The notes: a model not told the origin generated them from the letters alone. Shown: positions 26,361 to 40,201, numbered from the whole stretch's first letter. The stretch: DNA of 63,852 nucleotides, filler included, from Intoshia linei (GCA_001642005.1; 9 parts of 9 records of this genome joined end to end with filler, not necessarily neighbours in it); one strand, 5' to 3'. Numbers and translations are program-made.

Positions 26361-28603
26361 GTTGATCTTATCCAAATTTAATTGAAATGATTTTATTATT
26401 AATCATATTATAATTATGTTGATGCAATTATAAACATTTATCGTATAAATTATATTGACTCGTACAATATAGTTATTGTTTAATTTACATTTATACAATA
26501 AACACGCCTATATTACTTCATTTTATGCATTGGATACTACTTGTTACAATATATAATTAATAATTATAGATCATTGGTATTGACATAATTATAATTAATT
26601 CTATTTAATTGTTCTTTTATCTTTTCTTATCCGTCATATTTCTATTTTAGCCAATATAATTTGGAATTTCGATTATTTAATACATAACAGTTAAGCTAGT
26701 TAACTATAAAGTAAAATATAGAATGAACTAATTTATGGTAAACTAGTGATACCATATTTTTGTATGAAATTTGAGTTAAATTTTAACACATTTAGACAAA
26801 TTTTTTAAATTTATGGCGGTATTGAGAGGCCTCACTACAATGATAACAAAAATAACTCAATAAATGCAATTTGATTGATCATAAAAATTTTTTTGAATTT
26901 TAAGACACATTTGTCACACCAGATATTGTCCGTTACTGCCAAGGGTCTTTTTCAGTTAAAGCCCACAATAAAAATTTCAAAAAATGAATTTTATTATAAA
27001 ATTTAAAATTAGCTTTTTAAGAAGGTTCTCAAAGTTTTAAATTGTTTTACATTAATTATGTTAAAAAACATTTATTTTTTCCAATTTTTCAAGTTTTTCG
27101 TTAATTAATAAAAGGTTATACATAATACTACACTGTATATAAAGCCTTTCCAAAATTTTTGTTAGTTACAATATAGGTTTATCCTGGCTTTCGTTAAATT
27201 GAGGTTTGACTAGTTAAAAAAGATAATTAGTTTTAATTAAATATCTTTAAATATTTTATTTATTAATAAGTTTCCCAATTGTCACAAAAATATAATAAAT
27301 CATCATGAAGTAGAATTACACAAAATAATTAATATTTAGTATATTTTAATGGTAATTTATAAAATTAAGCACATGTAACCATTATAAATATTAATGAGTA
27401 TATAATTTTTTAACGAGCTATAAAAACAAATAATATAATTAATTAATACAATTAAATCTTTAAACAACAAAATTATAAGAACGCATTAAATTCTAAACAG
27501 TTCAACGACATTAAATATTATGATGAAAAACTAAAAGCTATTATCATGAACACAAAACGATTAAAAGAAAGGAAATCCATAAAAGAAGATAATTTAATTA
27601 TGTTGAAAGATCTGTTTCATAATGATCAGTCTCACTATTTACGTCAAATCAATATTGGATTAAAATGTATTATATTTAGTTTGTTAATTCTAATTTTCCG
27701 ACCTATATTATTAAAAATGTCCATTTTATGAATCGTCATTGGCCAATAGCGTTTTTATTACTTTTTAAAAAAGGAATAATTTTTGGTTTTGGGTCATGCA
27801 GAAATGATTTTCTGAAAATATAATTTTCGAGAAAAATTTACTCGAAAAACTATTAAAAATTTGGTTTATTTAAATTCTAAAACTTTTCATTTTTTAATTA
27901 AACAATACAATTCAATTTTATACAATTGTATAAATAAAGGGTAAAGATTTGATTATTATATTGTAAACATTGAAAACAAAATCCCTTCCCATCAAACCAT
28001 AGTTTAGAACATGCTGATTGCTTATAATTTTTATTTATCAAAGTTCGATCTCAAAAATTGCTAGAATATGATAAAATTAAAGCTAAAAGAACGATCAATG
28101 AAATAAACAGAATAATTCATTTTTATTCTAAAAAGTATCAATATTTACAATCCAAAAAAACATCTCGAGTATTATGTGTGCCGTAATATTTAAGTTTTAA
28201 TATGTAGTCTAATATTAAATTTTTAACGTGGTATTTGCATGAATATCTTTCACAGTAATGTGCAAATATTTTGAAAGATAAATAAACCAAAAAAGTTAAT
28301 TTTTATTTTATTTTGACTGTCTTTTTTTTGGAAAATTAAACATAAATTTATAATTTGTAAACATCAACCAACACTTTGCAACGTATTTAACCATACACTA
28401 TTATGGGGTGCTATCCTGTATTTTGGAATTTTTAAAAAGTGAATAACTTACTACAGTAAAATTATTCTAAATTTAATTTTGGTCCAATGAGGCTGTGGCA
28501 CGGCGATCTTCTGAAGTGTACTATTTTTTATATCTATCATAGAAAGAATAAAATAAGATTACAAAACAGGGATAAATCATCAGTTTCTATAAATATAAAT
28601 CAT

Positions 28604-28875
28604 ATGGAAAGTAATAGTAATAATATCAAGCTATCTACTATAAAAGAAGAAAAAATAATCATTATGGAAAACGAACAACTTATTGAAACATTACCAAATA
28701 CTTGTCAAATACAATTAAATGGGAACATTTTGAATCTCGAAAAACTTAAATTTCAGAAACAAAAAATTCTTCCAAAAAATAAGTTGAAGAATGATTCAAA
28801 CAAAGTTGAGCAGCAATATTTACGCGACATTGAATTGAATAAAATTAAAGAAAATTATTGTAAATGTAAAAAATG
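28604..28875 (+). CDS. Hypothetical exon (MESNSNN...ENYCKCKK) of unknown function
   Basis: Open frame of about 90 codons from an ATG to a GTAAC donor. The downstream exon was not identified. Confidence 0.3.
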
Positions 28876-29207
28876 GTAACGTCAATGAATGGTTATTGTA
28901 AGTTTTTTATTATTCTTCTATAAATGTATAAAAATATTTTATATCAGTGTAACACATTATTTTATTTACATTATATGATATATGATATATCACATTTTAT
29001 TTATTTACATTTATGATAAATGTTAAACATTTTGATAATGGATTCACAAGGCAATATAAATTTAACAATACATGTAAATTATATTTTATGTTTATTGACA
29101 TTTTTAAGCAATTGACAACTTAGTTACTACATAGTAATAATTTGAAATGAATCATAAGCGATTCGAATTGTATCATTAGTAATGATTTATTACGATTCAT
29201 ACTGGAA

Positions 29208-31078
29208 CAGAGTTGCCAGAAGTGTGTAATGTTACACATTTATATAGATATATGTAATGTGAAATGATATAATAAAACACATAATTTAACAGAAATTTAA
29301 AAAGTTTATTTTGTGTAAAATGTGCTTAACTAAAGCGACAAGAATAAAATCTAACAATTTGTATTATCATTCAAAATATATCTAAACTATATTTGACATT
29401 TTTATACAAAATTTAATTTCTTTTAAATTTAAATATTGAATATGAACCGAAAGTTAAATTTTTTTATGTGGCTGAATCAAAATGACCTGGAAATACGGAA
29501 TGAAAAAATTTTTTGTTTACGTTGTAAAAATGTATACCCTATACACAAGGGAACATTAAAACGGCATGTTTTGACAGCCTTACATTCTAATGCACCAAAT
29601 GTTTTACCTGTTTTAGATACCGATCAATCATCCAGTATTGTAAAAACTTTGAAAATAGAAATATGCTAATTTATTTAAATTAGTCTATAGAAGATATCCT
29701 TACAAATTTATCCCAATCAGCACAACAAGGTGGCTAGTACGCGGAAAAGACATAAATGTAATTATAACAGTGGAGCACCTTAAAAGACTATTTTCAATTA
29801 TGTATATCAAATCGTTCAAACTTGTCAGTTGCTGAGAATCTTGTAAGCTTATACAATCACGTGAATTTTGCGTATCTTTTATTCCTTAAGCCGATTCTTT
29901 TTGAATTCGAATCCATGAACCGCAAGTTTCAATCTGAGAAAGCAGACCATTGCCGACTTTTGGTGGAGTTGAATAATTTTGTTAAACAAGTAATGTCCCG
30001 AATTATAAAAATTGAATATAATAATATGGCAGTTGATTTTGAAAATGAACATGCGTTTAAAGACTTTGATGATGTAGATATCGGTTATGAATGTTCCTGT
30101 TTTTTGGAAATTTCTCTATCTGATAACAAACTTACAGAAAGCGAGATATTGGCCATTAAAAAGAAATGTAGATTATTTTTAATAACTCTAATCAAACAAC
30201 TGTTTAAGAGTTTAAGGGTTTCTAAAAATGTTCGGATTTCAGACAAGATTCAATATGTTTCTCTATCCTTTATCTTAAACCACAACAAAAGAAAATCTTT
30301 TTTAATGTTACCTCTAGAATTAGCCGAATTTACAAAATTAAATATCATTGAAAGTCAATGGAGAAGTATAATTAATATAAATTGGTGTGATGAGTTGGGA
30401 ACGGATAGGCTACCAGACGGTTCTACTTTTTGGACGATGGTTTTAACTTATAGGGATTCTGAAGGCGTCTTAGAATTTAAAGATTTGGCACTTTTTGTGC
30501 TTAAAGTGTATTGCATCCCAATAAGTAATGCTGTAGTAGAAAGAGTTTTTTCTGATCTAAATAATGTCAAAACCGAGCAAAGAAACAGAATGGAAAAGAA
30601 AATGTTAAGCTCAATTCTGACTATCCGAAGCACGTTTCAAGCTACTGGTTTGTGTTGTGACAGCTTTTGTTCCACCTAAAGAAATGATGAATTACAATTC
30701 AGATATATACAATATTTTAAATGAATCAGATGAAAGTGCAGAATCTGATGACGATTCAGATTTAATATTTTAATTAATGCTTATACATAATTTATCCAAA
30801 AGGATGATGGTTTCTTTGCTGAGTAAATTATTTTTGATTCTTTAAATATAATATTTTAGTTCTTTCCATGTGTTGTGGTATCTTTTTTGTGTCTTGTCCA
30901 AAACGATGATGGTTTCTTTGCTGGGCAATTTATTTTTTATATTTTAAATGTATTATTTTAGTTTTTTTTCTGTTTAAGTTTCTGTTTCTTCTTAAGATGA
31001 ACATTGCCTAAAAAAATAAACATGTGTAAAATCTTCAAATTAACTGTGTAAGACATTACACACTTTCTGGCAACTCTG
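29208..31078 (+). mobile_element. Internally deleted hAT DNA transposon
   Basis: TIRs CAGAGTTGCCAGAAGTGTGTAATGT / ACATTACACACTTTCTGGCAACTCTG and 8-bp TSD TACTGGAA. N-terminal zinc-finger fragment CLRC...LKRHVLTALH (29436-29669). ORF 29822-30679 carries PISNAVVERVFS...KTEQRNRM. The central catalytic DD region is missing. Confidence 0.93.
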
Positions 31079-32289
31079 TACTGGAATACTGGAATCGCTA
31101 ATTTTAATTGATCGTAATTTGTCATCAAGTTGAAAGTGAAATGGTATAGTTACCGTATTATTTTTTAATAAAAACAAAATTGATAAATAATAATTGTAAT
31201 AATAACTAATTTCAAAATTTTTCCAGTTTTATCTATCATTGAAAAAGTATCTATGTAAACACTATCTTTAACATTCAGACCAGGTATGGAGGGTCAACAG
31301 TGTCCCTGGTGGTGCAAATTGTAAACCATCAATTTCAATATAAAAATTTATAAATGAACCCATAAAATTTATGGTATAAACTGTAAATTAGTGATGGGAC
31401 GATTCTAAATATAAAAAGGTTCCGCCTAATCGTCTCATCACAGGCTAAAAGAAAACTATAAATTTGATATCAGCATATATTATGTACATATCTGTTTAGT
31501 GACACATCAAAATAAATTAGTATTCAATCCTATCAAAAAAAATCATAATTGCATAGAGACAAAGAGAATATCTAGAAATATAAAAATAAAAATTCGCGTT
31601 GACAATGTTTTATTCATGGTAATGAGACTATGTAGAAATCTTCCTATATTATAATTATCTAAATTAACAATTATTTCATGGAAGTTAGGAATTGTACTTA
31701 TTTACAATATAATGCATTATTAATATAATAATAAAAATATAAAATTATTGTTATTTACTTTTATTGTTAATAAAATTTAAATTCAATGTGTCAGTAGAAT
31801 AATTTAGCTACCGACTCATCTCAATCAAAATCAAATAACTCGGTTTATATATTAAAACTAGGTTGACTATTATGTACTACGTACAAACAGCACCTAGCTC
31901 TACCGAGGCCACATTTTTATTTTATCAAAAAAATAAATTCACGTTGAAAATCTAACTTAAAAATCCTAATATTCACTATTATTAATCCTTTAAAGGAGTG
32001 GTTCCCAAATTTGTTTCAGGTGAAACCGTTATATCACATTACTTTTTACTTAAAAGTGAATTATTCGATCTTAATTTTTTGTTTGTTAACATTTGTGTAA
32101 ATAATTTTAAAAACAATTGTTATCCCATTTTTTTAATTAAATAAACAGAATCCTTACTTATATAATATGATACAGTATTTTTGTGTGAGTGTTCCACATT
32201 ATTTAAATAACTATCCGTCTTAGAATTTTATAAAGTCCACATTTAAATTACAGTTTTTTACGGTGTTATATACAGTGTATGTGTGAGGT

Positions 32290-32680
32290 GAATAATATAT
32301 ATTCAGTACCAATTTAATAAATACTTAAAAATACACATTATGTATCAATAATTAAGGGAATCAGCACTTCATAAACATATTTAGTCTTAATTTTACCAAT
32401 ATTGCAAAAGATTGTAATAAATATAAAATAATAATAAAAAAATTGTATTATTTTTAGTAATCGTTGTTATAGTTTTAATTTAAATTTTAAACAAAATGTT
32501 TTGGAAATGAGAATTTGAGATTTAAAAATTGCGAAGGAATGAATTATATAGATTTTCACCCCTATTTCTTTATTGTAAATGTGTAGACGTTCAATAAACT
32601 TTTTTTTGAAATTGTAGGATCAATATTTACATTTTCCATTTTTATTTCAATCGAAATATTAGTTGATAATTAAAGTCGAC
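32290..32680. repeat. Dispersed repeat (copy at about 54990-55380)
   Basis: Shared AATATATATTCAGTACCAATTTAATAAATA...TTTTACCAATATTGCAAA...TTTTTTTGAAATTGTAG. Confidence 0.75.
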
Positions 32681-33812
32681 AAATGCAATTTTTTATGGTA
32701 CTAAAAATTTTCTAGCACTTAAGTTACTAAACAACAAGAAGACAACAATTGATGCAAAATTTATTTGAATTGAAAATGAAATAGTCATTAAAATATTTTA
32801 AATAATATAATTAAAGAATAAAATATATTTAAAATTAACAATTAGTCATTATTATAATACAGTATGAAATATTTTTTTCAGAAAATGGTCGATCTTTGGT
32901 TACCATTCTTTATAGTTTTGAGAAGATTCTTTCAACGGAACAAGAGGTTGGTTGGCATTTCTTTAAATCAACGTATATACNNNNNNNNNNNNNNNNNNNN
33001 NNNNNNNNNNNNNNNNNNNNNNNNTTAATTAATTAANNNNNNNNNNNNNNNNNNNNNNNNNNNNNNNNNNNNNNNNNNNNTCTGGACTCCAGAGTAAACT
33101 TTCTCAATGTCGAAGTAAATTTTGTGCGGCCGTAATATCAATGAAAAAAGTAGCATTGTGGCTGAATTAGTGGAAAGGTTGTGCACCCCTGTATTAGAGT
33201 TTTATTTTGTGGTTGGAATTAGAAATTTTTCTCATAAGATTTGGTTAAATTGTATCTTTCAAAAAAATATTGAAAAAAGGATATTTCCATTAAGTTTTGT
33301 AAAATTGGATTTTTTATTTTGTAGTTTGATTAAGTGGATTTTTAAAAAAAAATATCGGTAAAAGTCCATTTTTCCCTAACGCTTGAAATTGTATTTTTGA
33401 AATAGTAATGTAGTGGTCGTCTAGGATTTGGGATAATCAACGTTTAGACTTCTGTATTAAATATTAAAAATTCTCCTATAAAATAAACAAAAGTTGGTAA
33501 AATTTAGTCTATATTTTATTTGAATTTCACGAATCCCAATCGGGAAACACTGTTTTAATGTATACATTATAATTATTTATAAAAAATTCCTCGTTAACGG
33601 AATGAGGTTTTTTTCAGGACCAATTATTCCGTTAACGAGGAATTAACCTTTACCATAAATTGTTATCATAAAATCAAAAAAAAATTATACAAAATTTAGC
33701 AATGCAATGGAATTGCAATTTGAAAGCTAGAGATAAATCAAAATTTCTATTATCCTCACAATATTTTGCAACTGTAATTATAAACATTTAAAAACACATG
33801 TACATTTTACAT

Positions 33813-34073
33813 CAGTGGTCTGCAACCAGTAACCCACATTATAATTTTGGTGGACCTTTGAGTTTAATATGTAAATTATTTATTTTTAACTTTTAAACAC
33901 TTTTCTACCATAATTGGATTATTATAATCATTTTAGCTCTGAACTTTCAGATCGTCCTGAATATTATTTTGTTGAATATACTAGAACCGTTTTTGTACAT
34001 TTTCAAAAAAAGGACCAGTAGAATTTTTTGATAAAAAAATGACCCACGAGACGCAAAGGGTTGCCGACCCCTA
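33813..34073. mobile_element. hAT-type MITE
   Basis: TIRs CAGTGGTCTGCAACC / GGTTGCCGACCCCTA. Decayed TSD TTTTACAT/TTGTACTT. Confidence 0.55.
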
Positions 34074-34127
34074 TTGTACTTGTACAATCAAATAAAAATT
34101 AATCACACATAAATCTAAAATATTTAG

Positions 34128-36076
34128 AATAAAACCAAAAAAATCGCGTCAAGTTGTCTATCATTGATCCCAAACCATTTAGAAACAATATCTGACGAAT
34201 ATTGTTCAAACTTACGATCAAACAAATCAGAAACATTTAATTTTATATCAACTAGTACAATAGGCTTTAACGGCGTCTACACTTACAATTTATTGGACCT
34301 GTACAATATTTTTTTAAAAAATTCAAAATGTGGTTTGGCTTTAAATCAAAACCTCCAAGAATCACACAAAATTGGAGACATGGAATTGAATTTGATAAAC
34401 AGTAAATTTATGGGAATACAAAACCCAATAATTTGTTGTGAAATTGATACTCTTTTTATATTTACGGTAAACAAAAACAATTATCCGGAATATGATCGAG
34501 ATAACATATTCAACGTAAACGACCATTTTGATTATGGAGGATTTAGAAATTTGATAAACTTTCATACAATATTGAGCACTAGAAGTAGTCTTTTTGCTTT
34601 TAGATTTAATAGTCCCGGTGCATATGTTTTTCATTTGAGTTCGGACGTGACTAAAAAAATGTACATTCGAGTTGTACCAAGTGAAGCAGAATGTATAAAT
34701 GTTGGACCATACTATCCTACAAATTATCAATATTTCCTTAAATTTGGCTTTGGGCATAACAAAACATTCCAATCCGGACAAAATTGGACTTTGATTGTAA
34801 TAATTATGAGTATCATGACTGTTGGAATATTTTTAGTATTTTTGGTTAATTATATATTTTACCGAAAAGGGTGGGATATTTCAAAGAAGCAAATTTTAAA
34901 ATATAAGGATATCGCTAAAAGTTACAATTTTCAATGTTTCTTTAAAACTAGCGATAAACTTGGATCGTTTAGTTCTTCGGTAAGAGAGGTAAAGGAATCA
35001 AAATTATTTGATGTAAATTGTCTCTATTCAGAATTGAACCAACAGAACAATTTTATTAGTCAAAATTTGAAAAAAAATCATCAAAATGCTCTAGTAGGAT
35101 ATGACCAACTTTGTGAAAAAATTAAAGTCATTTCCAATATTTTATCTACTAAAATTGACGAAAATTCTTCAATTAGCCCTGAAAATTTTACATTTCTATC
35201 TAATCATTTAAAATTCTGTTATAATGAAATTAAAAATACTGCATCGTTATGTACGACTCATGTTGAATTTCTAAAGATTATTGTTTCAATGTTTCATACA
35301 AGATATGACCAATTGGTCGATATTAGCACTCATTTGGTTAATTCAATCAAAAATGTTAAAGTTGAAAAAAATTGCATTCAAAATGCTACCAAAAATGAAA
35401 ATTTGAAAAAACTTGACAATCGAGATTACATTAAAAACAATAAAGCCATTTACGAACACGACAGATACAAAAATTATTTAAACTTGAAACAACCGTGCAG
35501 AATCAGGGGAGATGTTTTGTCATTTAATGTTGAAAAAGTTACAATTGAAGAAATTGATGTTTGTTGCACTAAAATTGATTATACTGAATCGAATAATGTA
35601 TACATTTTAAAACCAGAATATAAGGTATTTTATGATAACAAGGAATTTGTAAATAATTCCGTTATGTTTTGTTCCGAATTATCTACATTTATTTCAGTTC
35701 AAAACAACATTTTATACGAATCAAAAAATAACAAAATTTTATCCATTTATAATTCAAGACAGTTTTGTAAAGATGAACAACTTTTGCCACTGGTAATTTT
35801 GTCTATTCAAGATTATGAATGCGAAATAATTCAACAGTTAAAACAATGTAAATTAACTAATCATGATGTAAATGATGCTTTTATTATTGATAGTAGTACT
35901 GGATTTTATTTGCCAATTTTAGCTATCGGGTATTGTGTCGAAAATAAAAGTTTTGTTCCATTGGGTATGGTTTACACGGATCCTTTTACGACACTTTTAC
36001 ATCCTATGCAAATTGGAGCTTTAGTTGCTATTGGAGATGAACATGGAATTTGTGTAGGAGTACATTTCGAAAATGG
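34128..36076 (+). CDS. Large internal exon of a single-pass membrane protein; resembles the membrane-proximal region of giant cysteine-rich GCC2/GCC3-repeat proteins
   Basis: Acceptor TTTAG at 34123-34127, about 650 open codons, and a donor near 36077. Motifs GIQNPIICC...YPEYDRDNIFNVNDHFDYGGFRNL...FAFRFNSPGAYVF, a TM helix (WTLIVIIMSIMTVGIFLVFLVNYIF), a coiled coil and D..TG..LPILA / VPLG...DP.T repeats. The family assignment is from recall and needs a search. Confidence 0.75.
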
Positions 36077-37583
36077 TATTTTTATTTATAATTTTTTGAC
36101 CAATTTCGTCATATTCAGCAGGTATAAGGGGCATTTTTCTTTATTATTGTATTATTAACCATCTTGAATGTTATATAATTCGTACAAACAGTACCTAGCT
36201 CTGCCGAGGACGGACTCTTTTAATTTTAACCAAAAAAATCAATAATAAAGGCTTACATAAAAATGTTATTCACTATTACCAATCCTTTAAAGGAGTGATT
36301 CCCAAACGTTAATTTCATAATGCACCGGTCATTTCACATTAACTATTATACGGGTATGTCTTTATTTATTAAAATTTAATGCAAATTTTAAATCAACAAT
36401 TTTAAAAAATATAGCCATCCATTATGTCATAATTTATGATAGCACGACAGAAGAATCAACTTACTGAGCTGTATTCGATATTGCTAATCTATTTAAAATA
36501 TTGGTTATCTGTAACGATTTTTGGTTACAACATTGATATTGCGCATCCACAGCGTGTTTTATCCATTGCATAATATACAACCAATAATAATAATAGTAGG
36601 TTTAATCGAGTGATCCTCAATTAGGGCTCAAAAATAATTAGATAATGACACCGTTAATCGACTTGAAATTAATAATAATCATAAAAAATAATATAATAAT
36701 AATAAATTTCAGCGACAATAATAAACGATAATAGCGACGATAAATAAGCGACAGCTAGTATGCTAGGAAAAATAAAATCTTTAATACTCAATATAAATTT
36801 CATTTAAAAAAAAAAACGGATATTATTTGAGTTAAAAAAGACAGAACAAATATTGTTGACTCTGAAATTGTTCATTTAGGCTGGGAGACATTTACCTAAA
36901 AAAGTAAATTAAAGCTAAAGTTCAACTTTATTTTTACTACCATATAAACTCAATTATTGTAAAATATAAGTACGCACTTCAATATCTCCATCGTACTATT
37001 TGATTTTATCTTAATACGCATTTTTTTTTATAATCTAACTAACTCTATTTTCAATTTTATTTTAATTCAAAATTTAATTTATTAGTTTAAAAAGTTTAAA
37101 TTATTAAGTAAAAAGAATTGATGATATTATTTCGGAATTTTATAATACTAAACTTAAGTTCCATTCAATATAATAAAAGATTTTACCCTACCACGAAGTA
37201 AGCAATTTGATAGCATAAAACAACTTGTGCTGTTGATATTGTAGTAAATACGTTTATTAATTAAGCTAAAATAAGTTATACTATTTAGAAGTTAAATACA
37301 TTATTTGAAAGATTCTTGAGTGATAACTCGTTTATATTTATAGTAGAATAAGATAAGTTTNNNNNNNNNNNNNNNNNNNNNNNNNNNNNNNNNNNNNNNN
37401 NNNNTTAATTAATTAANNNNNNNNNNNNNNNNNNNNNNNNNNNNNNNNNNNNNNNNNNNNTACATTTACTAGCTGAAACATATTTTCCATCTAAAAAACT
37501 GTCTAATTCACCCCGATCGGCTATATCTGAATATCTAAAATTATTATAATTATTTCTATTCTAAATGAAAATATTAGGTTTAC

Positions 37584-37829
37584 CTACAAGTCAATAAGGA
37601 TTTCACCCAATAATAACATAAAATCGCATGCTTCAATCATTTTTGAGTTACGTATTTTTAACAAATATGCCTTTACTGCATAAATTACTTTTGCATTCCA
37701 TCTCGCATTTGATATTGGCCCAGGATACTTGAATTTAATGATAGGATTTTTGTTATCTGATCTTTGTGTTAAGTACGCATTTGTAAGATTGAAAAGTTCT
37801 AAATAATCATCTCTCCATTGCCCATTCAA
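37584..37829 (-). mobile_element. DNA transposase remnant (RDDY...PG..S.ARW family, hAT/hATm-like)
   Basis: WRDDYLELFNL...FKYPGPISNARWNAKVIYAVKAYLL. Homologous to the remnant at 63320-63852. Confidence 0.7.
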
Positions 37830-38224
37830 TTGTAGGGTATTTTTTATCTTAGTTAGTTTTATCTTTAGTAAAATTAAAACTTTTAATGAAACAGTGATCT
37901 ACATTACGATTATATTCATATTTTGACTATCTGGTTAATTAATTATTGATTATAGATAAAAATTAAAATATCATGCCTCACTATAATTTAGTGAAACTTA
38001 TTTTATAATTAATAGCGTTACTTTTAAATGGATTAATAATGAAGCAAAGTTGAATTGTTGAAAGAAATATTGATTAATGTATATTGTTTTAATTTACATG
38101 GATTAATATTAAAATGTGAATATATGGTACTTACATGAATTATACGTTGTATAAAATAAATTACTTTATTGAAGTGAGTTATTAACATAATTGGGTTATA
38201 TTCTTGGAACTATAATAATAATTA

Positions 38225-40201
38225 ATGGATTCTAAAGAATTTAATTCATTAAACATCAACAAGAAAGTATCTGAAGCTACATTTAGTGATTCTACCAGTG
38301 TCAACAATCTACGACCATCTTCTTCAATTGGTTCAAGGAATAGTGTGATACCTTCTGCATACGGCGTAATCAATTTTGAAAAAATTATTGTTGTAAGAAA
38401 ATTTAAAACAAAATTTTACAATCGTATCAAAAGCAATGGGGATACGTTTTCGAGAATTACTTGTATTGCTAAGTCTATAGAAGGTGTTCAACAGAGGATT
38501 AAAATGTACAGACCCTCCTTGGTAGAATTGCCTCTAAATTTATCCAAAGATAATAATTTAAATTTGGCTACCAATGGCAATTTCCGAAGAGGATCTAAAT
38601 GTTTACATAGAGAATCTATTGCGTCGTCCTATCGCACCACTCATATTTATTTGTCTTGGAAAGGAATCAATTCTAACAGTGCTGTATGGAAGATAATGGT
38701 TTTTGGAGCAATAGAATTTAACAAAACGCACATTATACAACAAATGCTAAATTCTTATTATAATATACACAGTTCAAATTCTGACGGTTATTTATATTTA
38801 TAGTCCACAACACCTATTTCGGATCGTTTTTAAATATGTGTTCTAATTTACATTTCAAATTATATTACATGATAATATGTTTGATATATAGATGGGGTGA
38901 CAAAATTGTAGCCCGCGAGCCAATTAAAAGTTGCTGCGATGGTTATCTAACAAAATTCAATAAATACTTAACATTTACATTATACCAAATAAACTATAAG
39001 GTAATAGTACGTATTTTTGGGCCACTTTAATTAAATGGTTGTTAATTGTAAATTCCTTAACCTACCCGAAAAATATATTCAAAATATTTTTGCTATGAAT
39101 ATAACTATAATAAAATATAATGATAACTGAATAGTATGACAAAATAAATTTAAATCAGAAAGGGGTCAAAAATTCTCGAACAAGGTAAGTGTCGATAATT
39201 GTTAGTTAGTATTTTACCTTTAATTGATAATTATTTATATTTTAGACATTGAATATGGTAGTGAAATTATAATATCCGTTATTCATGACAATGTTGAGGA
39301 CACAATTATTTTCTGTTTTTATGAAATATGTAATGTAAGTATTCAGTTATTAGCATAATAAAGGCACACGGGAATCATTTTTTCAGTAAGATATAAGGTA
39401 TGTACCTCATAAATACAGAAAAGTCCATTGTTTCCGCCACAAATGAATATTATCGGTTGATTCATATAGTGCAATATTCAATTATTATTTTTCAAAAATC
39501 TAAAAAAATAAATTAAAATTGATGAAACCGATTATAATAAATAAAAAAGCATATCTCAATACCTACATAAATATTAAAATACCAAAATTGCGGGATTAAG
39601 AGGCCTGATTGCGCAATCATAAATTATAACATACGTAAATACTTATTAAATTAATAGGAATACCTGTTTAATGAACTGTCAGGCTTCAATGCAATATTAT
39701 TTATGGTTGGACTAAATAACTTTGACAGTATCTCATACATAAAAAATGTTTTGGAGAGTATATACAAAGATTTAAAACATAATATACCAAAAATAATAGT
39801 TGGCGAAATAGACCCCAAACAAAAAAATTTGCTATCCATAGGTGACCAATTTTATTACTTTAAACTAATACTTAATATACGGTAAAAACAATTTAGATGG
39901 CACAAATCTAGCAATAAAGTATAACGCAAAATTTGTACAAGTAGATTGCGAAAAACAAAATACAATAGATGCTCTACTTGTTGGATGTGTATTGCAATGC
40001 AGAGTCCATAGCAATAATTTAGAAATAATACAAAAAAGCAAGTTACACATGTTAAAATTACAATTTCAGTCATTCACCTATTTTATATATAATCTTTATG
40101 CAAGTATGACATATAATGAAATACAAAAAAAAACTCACAGTGACAAATACGTTAAAAAAGTAACCAGTAAGTTGGATTATGAAAACTTACAAATTCCTTA
40201 A
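38225..40201 (+). CDS. RGK (Rad/Gem/Rem)-like small GTPase with degenerate nucleotide-binding motifs
   Basis: Exons approximately 38225-38786, 39246-39334, 39658-39841 and 39897-40201 join in frame. Long Ser/Arg-rich N-terminus and Ras-fold segments WKIMVFG, NAILFMVGLNNFDS, IPKIIVG and DGTNLAIKYNAKFVQV...IDALLVGCVLQCR (RGK-like DELLVGI..QIR). The C-terminus YENLQIP resembles the RGK CENL.VL end. Confidence 0.68.

Noticed and set aside
28860-31320. Splicing TG|A across the hAT element would give an in-frame UGA (CKCKK-U-PGMEGQQC), hinting at a selenoprotein
   Set aside because: The splice pairing is unsupported, alternative acceptors exist and no SECIS element could be identified.
347-40201. 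A calcium-signalling gene cluster linking the ITPR pair with the RGK-like gene
   Set aside because: Five artificial spacers separate them, so physical linkage is unproven, and eukaryotic neighbours need not be functionally related.
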